DNA of 63,220 nucleotides, the filler included. It is 15 parts of 15 records of this genome, joined end to end, with 100 filler letters (N's around TTAATTAATTAA, not from the genome) between each part and the next. Parts side by side here need not be neighbours in the genome. Positions count along the whole stretch, not along the records: positions 41,465 to 44,825 come from SRR15195285_9162; positions 44,926 to 48,335 come from SRR15195285_9169; positions 48,436 to 51,472 come from SRR15195285_9172; positions 51,573 to 55,109 come from SRR15195285_9179; 11 more parts are not named here. One strand, given 5' to 3'. Of the stretch, positions 43,136 through 55,209 are shown one piece after another. Numbering within the stretch: the first letter of the stretch is position 1; each line of letters opens with the position of its first letter. Both the position numbers and the translations under genes were made by a program. Below the pieces are notes generated by a model. That model was not told the origin of the DNA and did no database searches. It saw nothing but the letters and a program-made list of their open reading frames with translations.

Positions 43136-44765
43136 TCAGTCTCCGTGCTTAGCTTCCCACAGCACCTTTTGCATCTCCACCATATCGTGTGTCACCGCCT
43201 TTACTGCGTCCGACTGGGCGCCGAATGCTGCCTTCTTGATGAGGAGCACTCGCTCGTATATTGTTAGCGCTACTGCGTGTTTGCCGAGGGCCGCGTACAG
43301 GCTTGCAAGATTGCTAAGCATATTCGCCAAAGGTGGTGCCTCACTGCCTAGCAACCGCTCGCGTAGCGGGACAGCTTGCTGCAGCAGCTCCAACGCGGCC
43401 TGGCATCGACCACACGCGCGATGCACCGCTGCCAGGTTAACCAGCACTAGTGCCACTTCATCATCGGTTCGCAGAATATCGATGTGATTTGGGCTGAGCT
43501 CCTCCGACAAGATCGAACGCGCCTGCTGCAAAACCATCAGCGCTTCGCTATTACGACCAAGGCCCCGCAGTGCGCCGCCTTGGCCTCGCAGCACGCTCGC
43601 TAGCTCTACGCTTGCTGTCCCATGGCTCAGCCTTTCGATCTCACCCGCCTGCACAAAGAGCTCGAGCGCTGCTGCATACTGCCCACGTAGCTGATGGATT
43701 GATGCAATTCCGACGACAGCTGTGGCCACAGTAGAATGCATCGTCCCAAACACATCCGTACAGGTAATGTGTGCATCCTGAAAAAGTGAGAGTGCCTGTC
43801 CACGTCGAGCAATAATTGTCAGACTTACTATTTGGCGCTAGCGACGACAAATTTTCTGTTCTACAGGACCAATAGCTGTGATAGCGGTGTACGCTGCGGC
43901 ACCTTTTCGTGCATCCCAAGTGCGGCCACAGCATCTGCCATCTGGCAGAGGGTACGTATGGCAACCTCGCTACTTTTGCCGTAAATGTGCTCCTCGATCG
44001 CCAGCGCGTCGGCGTACAGAGCAACTGCGTCCTCTCGCTCGCCCAACTCGACCTCCACTGAGGCCAGGGTTTTCAAGGTGAGCGCCAGTGACTCGTGAAA
44101 CTTCGACGCATAGGCTGTCTCTTTGAGCACCAGCGCCTGAACACGTGCAGACAGCTCGGGTCTGTTAGGAACGAGTATCCTGAGCAGTGAGCACGAGATC
44201 AAGCTGGGCACAGCCGGCCACAGCCAGGCGCTCTCACCCAGCAGTAGAGCTCGCGTGCTCCATCGTTGTCACCGGCGCCCCTCTTCTCGCCTGCCTGTCG
44301 GTGCAACAGGTCCGCCACCTCCTTTTGCTCAGAACGGCGCAATCTTGCAAGCCACTGGCCAGGAGTGTCGCGCGGCGCCCCGCGGTGGCGTGCAGCTGCA
44401 CGCTCCGCCGATGCAACGAGACCGCCAACCTTTTCTTCGGCATCGTTCACGTGCTGGGGCGCATCCTCCTGGGGCATCCACGGATTGGGCGGCTCCTCCA
44501 TGAAGCCGAGGAATTGGTCATCCTCGGGCGCTGGCGCGAACTTGTGCGCCCACAGGCGCAGCTTGTACTGCTTGACAGCCAGCGCTTGCTGCAGGTTCGT
44601 GCTCGCCCTCCCATAGCACCTTCCAGCCGCCAGTGATGCCTCCCGAAGACGCAACCCCGCCGCACTCCTGGCAGCGTCACACCTCTCGCCGCTGCTGCTG
44701 ACCGCTTCGCTCTCGCCGCTGGCTTGCGACGGCGCCGCTACAGCAGCGGGCGCCGCCGCCTCCAT
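43136..44765 (-). CDS. TPR-repeat protein (kinesin light chain/nephrocystin-3-like repeats); exons 44765-44238, 44136-43903, 43795-43136
   Basis: About 42-aa repeats such as LANMLSNLASLYAALGKHAVALTIYERVLLIKKAAFG; phase-0 introns. Confidence 0.8.
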
Positions 44766-45150
44766 CTCCGAAAAAAAGGGCAACCAACTCCAAAATCAAA
44801 CGCCGGTACTTTTTGTTTTACAATTNNNNNNNNNNNNNNNNNNNNNNNNNNNNNNNNNNNNNNNNNNNNTTAATTAATTAANNNNNNNNNNNNNNNNNNN
44901 NNNNNNNNNNNNNNNNNNNNNNNNNAACTATCGTAAGGTATAGCTGAAGCCTCCACTCGTAGCGATTGCGTCTCTTCGAGGTGCGTTGCGTGGATCGGTC
45001 GTTTGCATGATACATGCGCAAAATTGAGCTACTGGTTATACACAGCATTACCTAATAAATTACGGTTCGTTTCCTGCCTTTTAGATCTACTCCGTCTTTT
45101 TACCTAGTATGCCCGGTGGGATCAAGCGCCGGAACGTATTGATTTGACCT

Positions 45151-45185
45151 TGACACCGGGCACTTGGCCCAAGTGCCCGGTGTCA
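45151..45185. repeat. Perfect palindrome with 17-bp arms and a 1-nt spacer
   Basis: TGACACCGGGCACTTGG-C-CCAAGTGCCCGGTGTCA. Confidence 0.9.
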
Positions 45186-45489
45186 TTTTGCAAGACGAGG
45201 AGATGTACGTCGTCGAGGATGCCATCGCCGACAGCGAGGATATGGACGGAGGTGGTTGCGTGTCCAAACTCACTGCACTCTCGGCACAAATGGAGCCAAG
45301 TGGTCTTGAATGCATTTCTTGAGGTACAGCTTGTAGTCGCAGCTACGCTATAGCCATTGTATGGCCCGGGCATACTAAGGTTATAACACATACTCATCGC
45401 GAGCCACTACCCAATGTGCCGCATTGCACACGCGAGATCGCAAGAAACCGTAGTGCACGCCCAGGACGAAGCCGTCTCGCTAGATGTAG

Positions 45490-48333
45490 TTATAGCTTCG
45501 CACTCGATGGAGCGTCGTTGTCGACGCAAAAGTTGTCTAGGCTCTCCCCTACCGACGACGGCATCATCGCTTGAATCGTTACGTCATCGCCCACTGCCGA
45601 AGCGTTGACTACGGTCACAACGAACGCCTGAGTCGCTAATTGACTTGGAGCTGGGCTCGTGCTGCACACAGCTCTCCATCCTCCTGTGGAATAGGACGAC
45701 GGCGTGGCCGTGTTGTCGTTGAAGACGAAGTCGTTGTCCGTACGGTACGTGCACCCGTAAGGCAAATCGTCACCGTTGCAACAACGTGTATTGTTCTTCG
45801 CGCCTTTCGGCAGTGTCGATTGCAGCGCTACGAATGCGGCAGCGCACTCAGACTTCGTTGTAAGCACGGTGCCACTAGGACAGCTTTCTTTTTGTGGGAG
45901 CCGTACATAGCTGATGCCTTTGTTTGGATATTGTTTTGGTGGAGATACCAGCAGTGGCGGACCAGGTTCATCACACGTAGCAGTCCTGATGATCCCGTCA
46001 GGGGACAGCTGTAGGCACTGTCCGTCCATTATGGAGGTGATGGTGTGGTTGCTGTTGAGCACCCACGCCCCGTTAAGAGCACATTTTCCGGCCGTGCCTG
46101 GCTTAGGCAGAGGCTTGCAGCCATAGCTGGTGCCAACTGAGCTGCCGGCACAGCCTGTGATCTCAACGCAGCCAGCTTGCGCCGTGGCAGACTTGATGTT
46201 CGTGACAGATGCGCTCCCTACCGTCACGCCAGGGCTCAGGTGCCAGCGTTGTGAGAGCTTCGAAGAATTGCACACTGCCACTCCAAAACGCGTCGTTCGC
46301 GGAGAAGGGGCTGGGGGGCCTGGGGGGGCTGGCGGCGGCGCTATTGGGCACGGTGGGCTAGGTGCGGGCGTCGCCGCTGGGCAGTTTGGCCAGCAGCTTT
46401 TCCTCCCTGCGCCTGATATGATTGCCTGCGCCTCCGTCGGCCAGGATCCCCAATTCGTGTTGTTCAGGATCTCGATTCGGCACGAGAGGCTGTGTGCCTG
46501 ACCCTGGACTGTTGCTCCGCCAGTGTTGTTGCACCAAGTCTGTCGTTCAGATATGTTTGCGCAAGACCCATGTGTGAAAATGCAACTACTCTTGACATTC
46601 TCGATAACATTCTGCGTATCGTGCCAGTTCGCGCTCCCACCGTCATGGTATATGCCACCATACTGGACTGGGTCGCCATCCAGATGGTTGAACGCCAAAG
46701 TGCTACCGATTCCGTCCGAAGTGCTATATATGAAGCCGCCATCAGCGAGCAGCTGCATCGCATTAATAATGCGATTGTACGTGACTCTGACATTGCGACC
46801 ATAGCTCGGCTTTTTCGGCCAACCACCACCGATGCATATCGCGGAGTAGCTGGTGTTAAGAATGGTGTTATGAGAGAGCTCGACGTCGCGCGCGTAGCCG
46901 ACGAAAATTGCGTTTGAGCCATGAAATTCAGTTGGAATGGACTCGAACAGAGAATTCGTGACCAAAAGCTCAGCGTCCTGCTGCTGAAGTGGCGTGTCAG
47001 GCTTCGGCCACCATTGGTTGCCTTTACCAGAGTCAGCGCCAGGAGGAGGTGTGGAGTTCGTTGGTGATGGGGCCGCATTGGCGCAACCTGTGCTGCAGTT
47101 CGCCACAGAGCCGAACTTTACACCACCACCACTACAATCTGAAAACGTACTGTTCTCAATGGAGACGCCCTGGCTACCGTCCTCCGCAGTGATCGCATAC
47201 ACGCCTCCCAAGTGACGGAACTCACAACTGATGAAGCTGATGTTGCGAACGCCGTACAGCTGTAGAGTGCTCGCCGCGATGACCGAGCCGTTAAAAATCT
47301 GCCCCGACTGGATGTCCACGTAGCCTTCCTGCTCAACGCTCAAAGGGTCCCACACCGCGTACTCGAAAATGACGCCAACCCACTGGTGCAGCCTCGCACC
47401 ACGCACGATCAGAAGTGTCGAGTTGATGCTAGTGATCGCCGACTTCTCGACATCTGCGAGTGTTTCTTGTGCCTGTGGGCGGTAAAGTATCTCCTTAGCC
47501 GCAGAGTCTAGGTACCACTCTCCCGCCTTGGTGAAGTTCACCTCGACATTCTCGAGGTACGCCGGCGGCTGATGGCGAACCGATCGTCCATAAGCGCTGG
47601 TGTCTTCCGCACCAGCGAAAGGCAAAGCATTCCAGCATGCCTGTCTGAGCGCTACGCTGCGGTTGTTAACTGATGCCACCGTGCAACGCATCTCGGTCCA
47701 TGGGTCCTCCCCACTCTGCACCCCAAGCTCATGCCCATCCGCGTAACCAGTTGGTGGAGCTGGACGAGCACCAGCTCTACCTGTGTAAACGAATTCTATG
47801 TTCGTGGGGTTGCGGAACGACATTGGGTCCAGTGCGGTAGTGTTGAAGTAGTACCCGCCGTAGGGGAGGTCAGCGCCTAAGGGCACGCTAGAGTTCTCGA
47901 CTACGCCGATGGAACCAGTCGGTGGGTAGTATCTTGGCTTGAACGCGCGCTTGCCGCCCACCCAGAGGTGCCGGATGGCAGAGGTCCGAGAAACAGTGGG
48001 TGGGATTGGAGCGGCAAACACGCCAGGGCGTGTGGCGTCGGTCTTCCAGCCAGTGACAGGTAGCGCCGCGCTGATTGTAGCGGGCGAAGACGGGTCGAGG
48101 GATGTCCAGGTCACGGTGGCTCCGGTAGAGCTGTCGTCAGCTCCGAGTTCCAGAGGTTTGGGCCCGATATTGTGCCTGCCTGGTGCCAGCTTTATGACAA
48201 TGTCAGTTCCCGGATTATCACCCAGCAGCCGTCGCACAGCATCACGCGCTGCATGCACGGTGCTGACAACGACCGCACTACGGTCTGTGGCGTCTCCTGG
48301 GTTGGCTGTGGCCAGGCGCGCGTTGGCAGGGTC
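45490..48333 (-). CDS. Right-handed beta-helix carbohydrate-active protein (GH141-like) with ricin-B-like lectin; 5' truncated
   Basis: RHLWVGGKRA, YLENV...GEWYLD, VELSHNTI...YSAICIGGGW, DGGFIY and GIYHDGGS, then a Pro-rich linker and ricin-like SQRW/GQCL repeats. Ends in AKL-stop. Confidence 0.7.
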   Translation of the reverse strand, partial: DPANARLATANPGDATDRSAVVVSTVHAARDAVRRLLGDNPGTDIVIKLAPGRHNIGPKPLELGADDSSTGATVTWTSLDPSSPATISAALPVTGWKTDATRPGVFAAPIPPTVSRTSAIRHLWVGGKRAFKPRYYPPTGSIGVVENSSVPLGADLPYGGYYFNTTALDPMSFRNPTNIEFVYTGRAGARPAPPTGYADGHELGVQSGEDPWTEMRCTVASVNNRSVALRQACWNALPFAGAEDTSAYGRSVRHQPPAYLENVEVNFTKAGEWYLDSAAKEILYRPQAQETLADVEKSAITSINSTLLIVRGARLHQWVGVIFEYAVWDPLSVEQEGYVDIQSGQIFNGSVIAASTLQLYGVRNISFISCEFRHLGGVYAITAEDGSQGVSIENSTFSDCSGGGVKFGSVANCSTGCANAAPSPTNSTPPPGADSGKGNQWWPKPDTPLQQQDAELLVTNSLFESIPTEFHGSNAIFVGYARDVELSHNTILNTSYSAICIGGGWPKKPSYGRNVRVTYNRIINAMQLLADGGFIYSTSDGIGSTLAFNHLDGDPVQYGGIYHDGGSANWHDTQNVIENVKSSCIFTHGSCANISERQTWCNNTGGATVQGQAHSLSCRIEILNNTNWGSWPTEAQAIISGAGRKSCWPNCPAATPAPSPPCPIAPPPAPPGPPAPSPRTTRFGVAVCNSSKLSQRWHLSPGVTVGSASVTNIKSATAQAGCVEITGCAGSSVGTSYGCKPLPKPGTAGKCALNGAWVLNSNHTITSIMDGQCLQLSPDGIIRTATCDEPGPPLLVSPPKQYPNKGISYVRLPQKESCPSGTVLTTKSECAAAFVALQSTLPKGAKNNTRCCNGDDLPYGCTYRTDNDFVFNDNTATPSSYSTGGWRAVCSTSPAPSQLATQAFVVTVVNASAVGDDVTIQAMMPSSVGESLDNFCVDNDAPSSAKL

Positions 48334-48435
48334 GANNNNNNNNNNNNNNNNNNNNNNNNNNNNNNNNNNNNNNNNNNNNTTAATTAATTAANNNNNNNNN
48401 NNNNNNNNNNNNNNNNNNNNNNNNNNNNNNNNNNN

Positions 48436-51400
48436 CTGCTGCTGCTGAGCAGCGGCCTGCTGCTGTTGCTGATAATGATGCTGCTGCAGCTGCTGCAATT
48501 CTACCTGCTCTTGTTCGGTCAGAGCCGGTTGTTGACCTGTTGCTGCAGCAGCCTGTTTTTGCTCCAGCGCTTGCTGCCGCTCCAATGCCGCCTGTTGTTG
48601 CTGTGCCAGCTGTTGTTCCAGCGCTTCCTGTTGTTGCAGCGCGGTTTGACGCTGGATCTTGAGCTTGTACACCATCCCTGGCTGCGCGCCTTCCGGCACG
48701 GTCATCTGCATCCTGATCGATCGCTGCTGGCCCGTCTCTGGATTGGTGTCTGGAACCTCGACGATCAACGTCATACCCGGAGCTGCATTCTCTGGGATGA
48801 CCGTCATGATGTATTCGTATCCTTCCGCATCAACCTGGCCCGGCGGCAGCGTGCCATCGTCGTAGTATTGTTGAGCGCAGGGGTCTTCCCACGTCGAGAC
48901 ACCAGTTTGGGAGTCGTAATAATAATAGCGCTCATGCTGGGCACTATAGTAGCGAGTGTAGCGGCTCGGTGTATGTTGTCCAGGCGGAGGTTGGCTTTCG
49001 CGGCCGGGAGTGTTCGGGCCCGTAGGCTGCTGCTGTTGCTGCTGCTCCGGTTGTTTTTGCTGCTCCGGCTGCTGTGCTGTCGCCGGCGAAGCTGTCGCTT
49101 GCGCAGCACTCTGATGACCGACTTCGGCCTTTCGCTTGGCTTCAAGCGCCTTGTGCTTCTGCCACTCGTGCGTCGCTACGATCTTGCGCACAATATCCTC
49201 CACCTTCGATCTGACTTCGCGCGCCACCCTCGCATTCTTCTTTGCTTGCGTATCGGCTTGCCGCTTCTCCTTCTCGAGCGTGCGAATGATCTTCTCGACC
49301 ACGGCCTTCGCAGCATTCTGCCGCTTGATTTCGTCCTTTGCTTGGCGTTCCACATACAGCACCATGTTCTTCACGACCCATCCGACAGATCGTGCCGTGT
49401 CGGTATCGCTGGCTTGCTTGCCTGGAGAAGGCAAAGGTTCCTCTGCGACCGGCACAACGGAGACGGGGCTCGCGGGCTTCTTGCATTTCTTCTTCGCAGC
49501 GAGCTGCAGGCCACTGATCTTCTTGGCTCTCGGCGGAGGTACGGGCTCATTTTTGAGACAGTACTGGCAAAACCAGTCCTCGCGGACAGCGTACTCTGTT
49601 TGGACGTCTTGCACATTGGGTAACTGGACGCGGGCCCGATCAAAGCCCGTCTGGCAGGCATCACACCACACCATCCTCTTCTTTGCCTCGTCTTCCTCGA
49701 ATTTCACTCCAGAGAAATGGCACGTCAATTTGTCACGACCCAAGTGAGAGAGTGGCGGGAGCTCCGCAGTTGGACGCAGCACCCACCATTGAAGTCGCCG
49801 CTCGAAAGTGATTCCTAGCTGATGCGCGAGCCACGAGATTACGGACAACGGCTCATTGTACAGTAAACAGTTGCGCAGGACCAATCGCGTGTCCTCTGCA
49901 AAGGCACCGACTGTCGTATACTGAGAGCTTTCCACAGAATCGGACAGCTTTCCCTTCACCGTACCAAAATCCATCGGCGTTTTGATAATTTCCTTGTAGT
50001 GCGGGATAGAATCAACGTCGACCGGACAATGAAACACTTTCTGCGAGTCCTGGTTCATCAACGATATCAGCACCTTTCGGCAGCGCTTAAGTAGCGCTGG
50101 CGTCATTTCCAGTTTTTCCGGAGTACCTGGTTTCTCCTTCTGCCACTTCGGCCGCCGCATGAGCTTTTCCTTCGCCGCCTTGGCCCGTTGCTTGGCTGCT
50201 CTTCTCGCCGCACGCCGAGCTAACACTGCAGGATCCTCGTTTTCGTCACTTTTCTTCTTTTTGGCCTTCTTCTGCGCTGGAGAGGGCTCGCCGTTAGCCA
50301 GCCGAACCAAGCGGGCGCTTTCTTCTCTCTGCATCCTCAGGATTTCAGCTTCCGAAAGTTCTTTGTAACACGGTCGAGCGCGTCCGGTGAGCGGAGCGTC
50401 AGCCGAGGCTGCTGCAGCAGCAGCCTGTTGAGTCCGCACCGACTGGCGCAGCCCGCCCGGCCGGCTGCCGACTCCTTGCGGTCGGAAAGGAATGGTCTCG
50501 TCCCCATCATCGTACTGGTGCCCCTCACGCAGGACCCGGGATAGCTGCTGGCCAAAGCGGGCTCGCTTTTCTTGCCAGAACTTAAACACGGCCTGGCGGA
50601 TTTCGGGCCGCAGCTTCTTGGCGTTGCGCGACATGCGCGGCGATGAGGAGGGTGAGCTCGGTACCTGGGACGGCGACGGCGGCATCTCCGTTGCCCCTGG
50701 AGCAGCGGCCAATATAGCCAGGTCATCTTGTCCTCCTTCCCCAAGTTGTGAGAGCTGTTCGAATTCTGCAGGCATTGGTACCAAGGGCGCTCCAGTTTAG
50801 CGATGCCGCACGCGAAGCGCATGGGAGAGCTTGGGCACGCAGGGCATAGCGGCTCACGGTCGAGTAGGACCTCGAGCATCTCTATTTTGAGCACCGGCGG
50901 AGATTTTCCAGCTTTCTTTTGATTCTGATCATTGAACCGCTGCAGCCACTTCTCGTCTTCCGGGTCGCACTCGTAGTCCAGGCCCGCGCTGCCTGCAGGG
51001 GGCCCGGTCGGGGCACTGCACGCACGGAGAGCACAAGCAATGGCTGAGCAGTTCCGGACAGCAAAACTGCTGGCCAGTCAACATCGCGACACGTACCGAA
51101 TATACTGCACCGGCGGCTGCCAAAGTTTGAGGGAGAAGAGCTCGTCGTACTGCGCGGCAGGGAGCTCCATCACCCCAGGCAACACGACGGGGCCGCTGTC
51201 GGGCTGGCGGTCGGGCTGCACGACGCCGCCGTACTGCGCAAAGTCGATCTGAACCTCGGGTGCCGCCGGTGCAGCGGCAGCCTCCTCCTTCGCGGTCGCC
51301 TTGCTAGGCGAGGCCCAGAACACCTTGAGCTCGTCTTCCTCCTCAAGCCCATCTGGGCGCTCCAGATGGTCAGCGAACCTGAACTTGCGCTTCTTGTGAC

Positions 51401-51472
51401 TCTTCTTGCGCGCGGGCTGCGGCTCCGCGCGCTTGCGTGCCGCGGGCTGCGGCTCCTTCTCGGGCTGCGGCT
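48436..51472 (-). CDS. Chromatin protein with EPC/EPL1-like region, bromodomain, degenerate PHD, WW domain and poly-Q; both ends truncated; introns 51096-51016 and 50857-50766
   Basis: Spliced LDYECDPEDEKWLQRFN...MLEVLLDQFEQ and AVFKFWQEKR. Bromodomain FHCPVD...PHYKEIIKTPMDFGTV...NCLLYN; CDAC...WFCQYC; WW-like YYYYDSQTGVSTWEDP. Confidence 0.85.
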
Positions 51473-51572
51473 NNNNNNNNNNNNNNNNNNNNNNNNNNNN
51501 NNNNNNNNNNNNNNNNTTAATTAATTAANNNNNNNNNNNNNNNNNNNNNNNNNNNNNNNNNNNNNNNNNNNN

Positions 51573-54500
51573 TCGGGCTCGGGCTCGGGCTCGGGCTCAG
51601 GCGACGTTACGGTAGAGACTAGCGCTGCCGCGTGTCGATCTAGGTGGGTTTTCAACTCGCCGACCTCGGTTTGCCAATGCAAGACACAGTCTTTGAAATG
51701 CTCATGCACGTGCGCTTTCTGCCGTTCACTTGCTCGTGCAGTTGCTCCCGTGACAGCCGGAATCGCTTCCTCGACGAAATGTCTCTGCTCCACCCTCGGC
51801 GATGTTGCAGTATTACTACCAGCGCCGTTTACTGCGGCTATCTGCGCCGGCTCGTGGTCAGTCAGCGTCGTTGCGATCGCCGCTTCGATTGCTGCTTCGA
51901 TCACGGCGTCGATTTGTTGTGATGCATCAGACGCTGAAAGTTTCACAGGCGGCTCGGGCACTGGTGCCATCCTCGGCGGTCGATATAGCCTCTGTCCTAG
52001 CTTCGGCCGTCGCACTGGAGCGGCTTTCTGCGGTGAACACACGGCAGAAGCTTCCATGCCAGAATGACCTTTGGCCTCTGGGACAGCAATGCCTGCAAGC
52101 AAGGGATCAACGCCCCTGGCCATCTGCGGCTCTAGAAACAAGTTGGACCCTCGAAATGCCTTTTCAATCAGGTGCCGCGCGTTGATGCCAATTCGATTGT
52201 CGCTTAGGTCGAGCATTTGAAGACTGTGAAGTTTCGGAAGCACCTGGTGTAGATTACTAACGTCAGTTATCATGTTGCCATCCAGTAGCAACTGCTTCAA
52301 ACTCGGCAAACGTGGCAGCACCGCGACAAGTGGAGCAACATCAACTATCAAGTTTACAGTCAGCAGCAGTTTCTTCAGCCTCGGCAACGCCGGCAAAGCA
52401 TCAGCCAAGGGGCAGATATTGGTGATTTCGTTCCCAGAAAGATTAATCATCTGAAGATTCCGCAACCGTGGCAACATGGCAGCTAGCTGCGATAGCTCCA
52501 CATCAGACACGGCCCAATTTTCCATGTCCAGAGCTGTACGGGTGCTGTTAAGGCACCCACCCCACTCTTCCGGCCACTCCAACGGCAATCTGTTGCCCGA
52601 CCAGCTTCCGCCGTTCATACCCATCCCTGCCCACCGTCCTTCGGTCATTCCAAGTTCATCGTCAGAGAAACATAAGTTGGCAACCCACAGCACATCACCA
52701 CCGGTGGACCACTCGTCCTCCTCAAAGCGTTGCGCAAAACAGACAGAAGGTGCACCTGACGTGGAACGGAGTACAATCCCATTAACGATGCAGAAGTCTT
52801 GGCCGGCATCGTGATCATTCACACTCTCAACATATTTCCCACAGAATGTCGCCGGAGGGTCTCGTGAAAGATGAGCAGCCATCAACTGTAACGCAGCAGT
52901 CCGCGTGTGTGCTTGTCCTCTTGCCCATTCAATTGCGGCTGGCTGAACTCCAGCGCAGGTGATAATGCGCAATACATCCTCAACATTCTCAAGGTCGAGC
53001 AGCAGCTCCTGCAGCTCTTTTACCGTTTGTGACGTTTTTGGCTCGTCATCCTGTGTTAACAAGAATGAATTCTCAATGATGCTCCCCCCGTGTGAGCCGA
53101 CTGTTCTCCAGGTGCCAGATACATCTATAGGTCCGGCAAGCACGTGGTCAGCAAGACCTCTGGGCGACGTTTTGCGGACCGGCGGGGAATCTTGCGTCAC
53201 ACGATCGAATTCAAGCGCTGCCGCTTCAGCCTCCGCAAGTTGTGCTGCCGTTACCTCCTGCTGTACGGCTTTCGCTTGAGCTCTAGCCAGCAATCCTGCC
53301 TCCACCTGTGCCCATGCATCAAGCTCTTCCTGTAGAAACGCCTGCTGCTGCTCTGCCATCTGCTTCTCAGCGTCACGTTGTTGCTCCGCTTTCTGCCGCC
53401 GCTGTGCCTCCTCAGACACTTGGCCCTCAAGGGCCTCGACTTCCAACTGCAGAATCTCTTCTGTTGCTGATGCTTCTGCAAGTGCCAACTTGATGCTGAC
53501 CTCCATCATTCCGACTTGCGACTGTAGCTCGACTCGCTGCGCGGCGAGCTCCAACTGCGCGGCTGCCTGCACTTCGGCCACCACGCTGTTGTTTCGATCA
53601 TCCATTTCTATCTCCAACCAGGCCAACTCTTCCGCAATCGACTCCATGGTCATCGGATGCCTTGTTCCCGGGACTAGTCGCAAACTTTCCCGTTCCCCGT
53701 CAGGAAGCATGCTGGTTGTGGCTTCCAAGTTCTGCGCGTGTGAAAGCAGCAATTCGCAGATCTCGGGGCCGTCGCGCGTGAGAAACACCTTATCTCTATC
53801 CTGGTTGGCGGTGACAACACAAAATCCAATTGCCTGTCCTGTCGCTGTGCGATGCACCCGCCACGACAGCATCGCGAGTAGGTGAATGAAGGCGACATCA
53901 TCACCGTGCGTAACTGCTATCCCATGTGGCACAATGTCCAAAATTACCTCGCGATAAGGTGTCTCCTGCGCGACACAGAAGCGCCGCACACTTGTCTCTG
54001 CAATCGGATCACAATCCTCTGCCAAAATCTGCCCTTTCGGGCTGGTTTCAGACTGGAGAGAGGGGCTTGGCGCTGAAAATGTGTCAGGCGGTTCGTCCGC
54101 ACACACTAGGGCCATCAACGCCTGCAATGACTCTAAATCATCGCCATCACCGTCGCCGGCGCCGTCACCGCTGTCAACAGCGGAAAGTGCGCTGACTTCG
54201 GCATCATTCGTGCCTGATGCCATTAGGTACGCCTTGGCATCGTCCTGTGCCTTCTGAACAGCGGCCATCGCGGTGTTTTTAGCGGTCGCGGCTGCAGTTC
54301 GTGGAGTAGTTACAAGATCTTGTTCGAGCAGCGTAGTGCCGCCCTCCATGTCCTCTTCTAGGCTACCTTCGGCAGTGCTGTCAAGCAGCTGTGACATTGA
54401 TTGTTGCAGTGCTGCGAATTCCGAGTCAGAATCGGTGTCATCGTCGCGTTCTCCGCGCTGCTTGGCGACGACTGCTGTGGCCCAGTCATCAATCTGCACC

Positions 54501-55109
54501 ACGGAGTCATCGCCGTCCGAGGCGCCAGCCTCCTCACTCGCAGCAGACTCAAGCTCGTCTGCGTCTCCCCTGGTGATGACCACTGGAAGCACTTCTGATG
54601 ATGGTGGCGATTCAGAAGAGCCTGTGCCGGTTGCAGTGAAACACTCTGGCTCCGGCTCGATCGATGCCGTAGAGCCATCACTGTCCAACCAGCTGGAGTG
54701 CTCACTCACAGGCACATCGGCCTCGATCCGCGCCATGGCGTCATCGCCGTCTAACAAGCTGGAGCGCTCACTCGCAGCCAACGAGGGCTCGACTGTCTGC
54801 TCGACCGACGCGCCTGCAAGTGAGCGCTCCCGCTCAGATGCTTCAACAGCAGCCAAGGGAGCCGAAGGATCTGTGTTAAATCTCTGGCGGTCGCTGATAG
54901 CATGACATAGCATCGCTCCACTTGGTGTCGCGAAGGAAAACTTCCGCCCATCTATCGTCTTGATATCGAACCCATGATCGCTCGGCTCCCATGACACAAG
55001 CGCCCCGTAAGGGAACAGGTGATCGACCATCATCTTGCCGCTGCTACGGTCAAACACTTGGACACCACTAGCAGCTGGTTTGACTAGCACCTCCTTGCCA
55101 CCTACTTCT
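51573..55109 (-). CDS. Large protein with PH-like segments, coiled coil and leucine-rich repeats; truncated at both ends
   Basis: Open frame across the contig with LRR units LRNLQMINLSGNEI, LKQLLLDGNMI and LQMLDLSDNRI; ends in a PE repeat. Confidence 0.75.
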
Positions 55110-55209
55110 NNNNNNNNNNNNNNNNNNNNNNNNNNNNNNNNNNNNNNNNNNNNTTAATTAATTAANNNNNNNNNNNNNNNNNNNNNNNNNNNNNNNNNNN
55201 NNNNNNNNN

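Noticed and set aside
50882-50894. GTGCTCAAAATAG as a 13-nt micro-intron in the EPC region
   Set aside because: A codon-by-codon recount shows the exon reads through in frame (QKKAGKSPPVLKIEMLEVLLD); removing 13 nt would break the frame.
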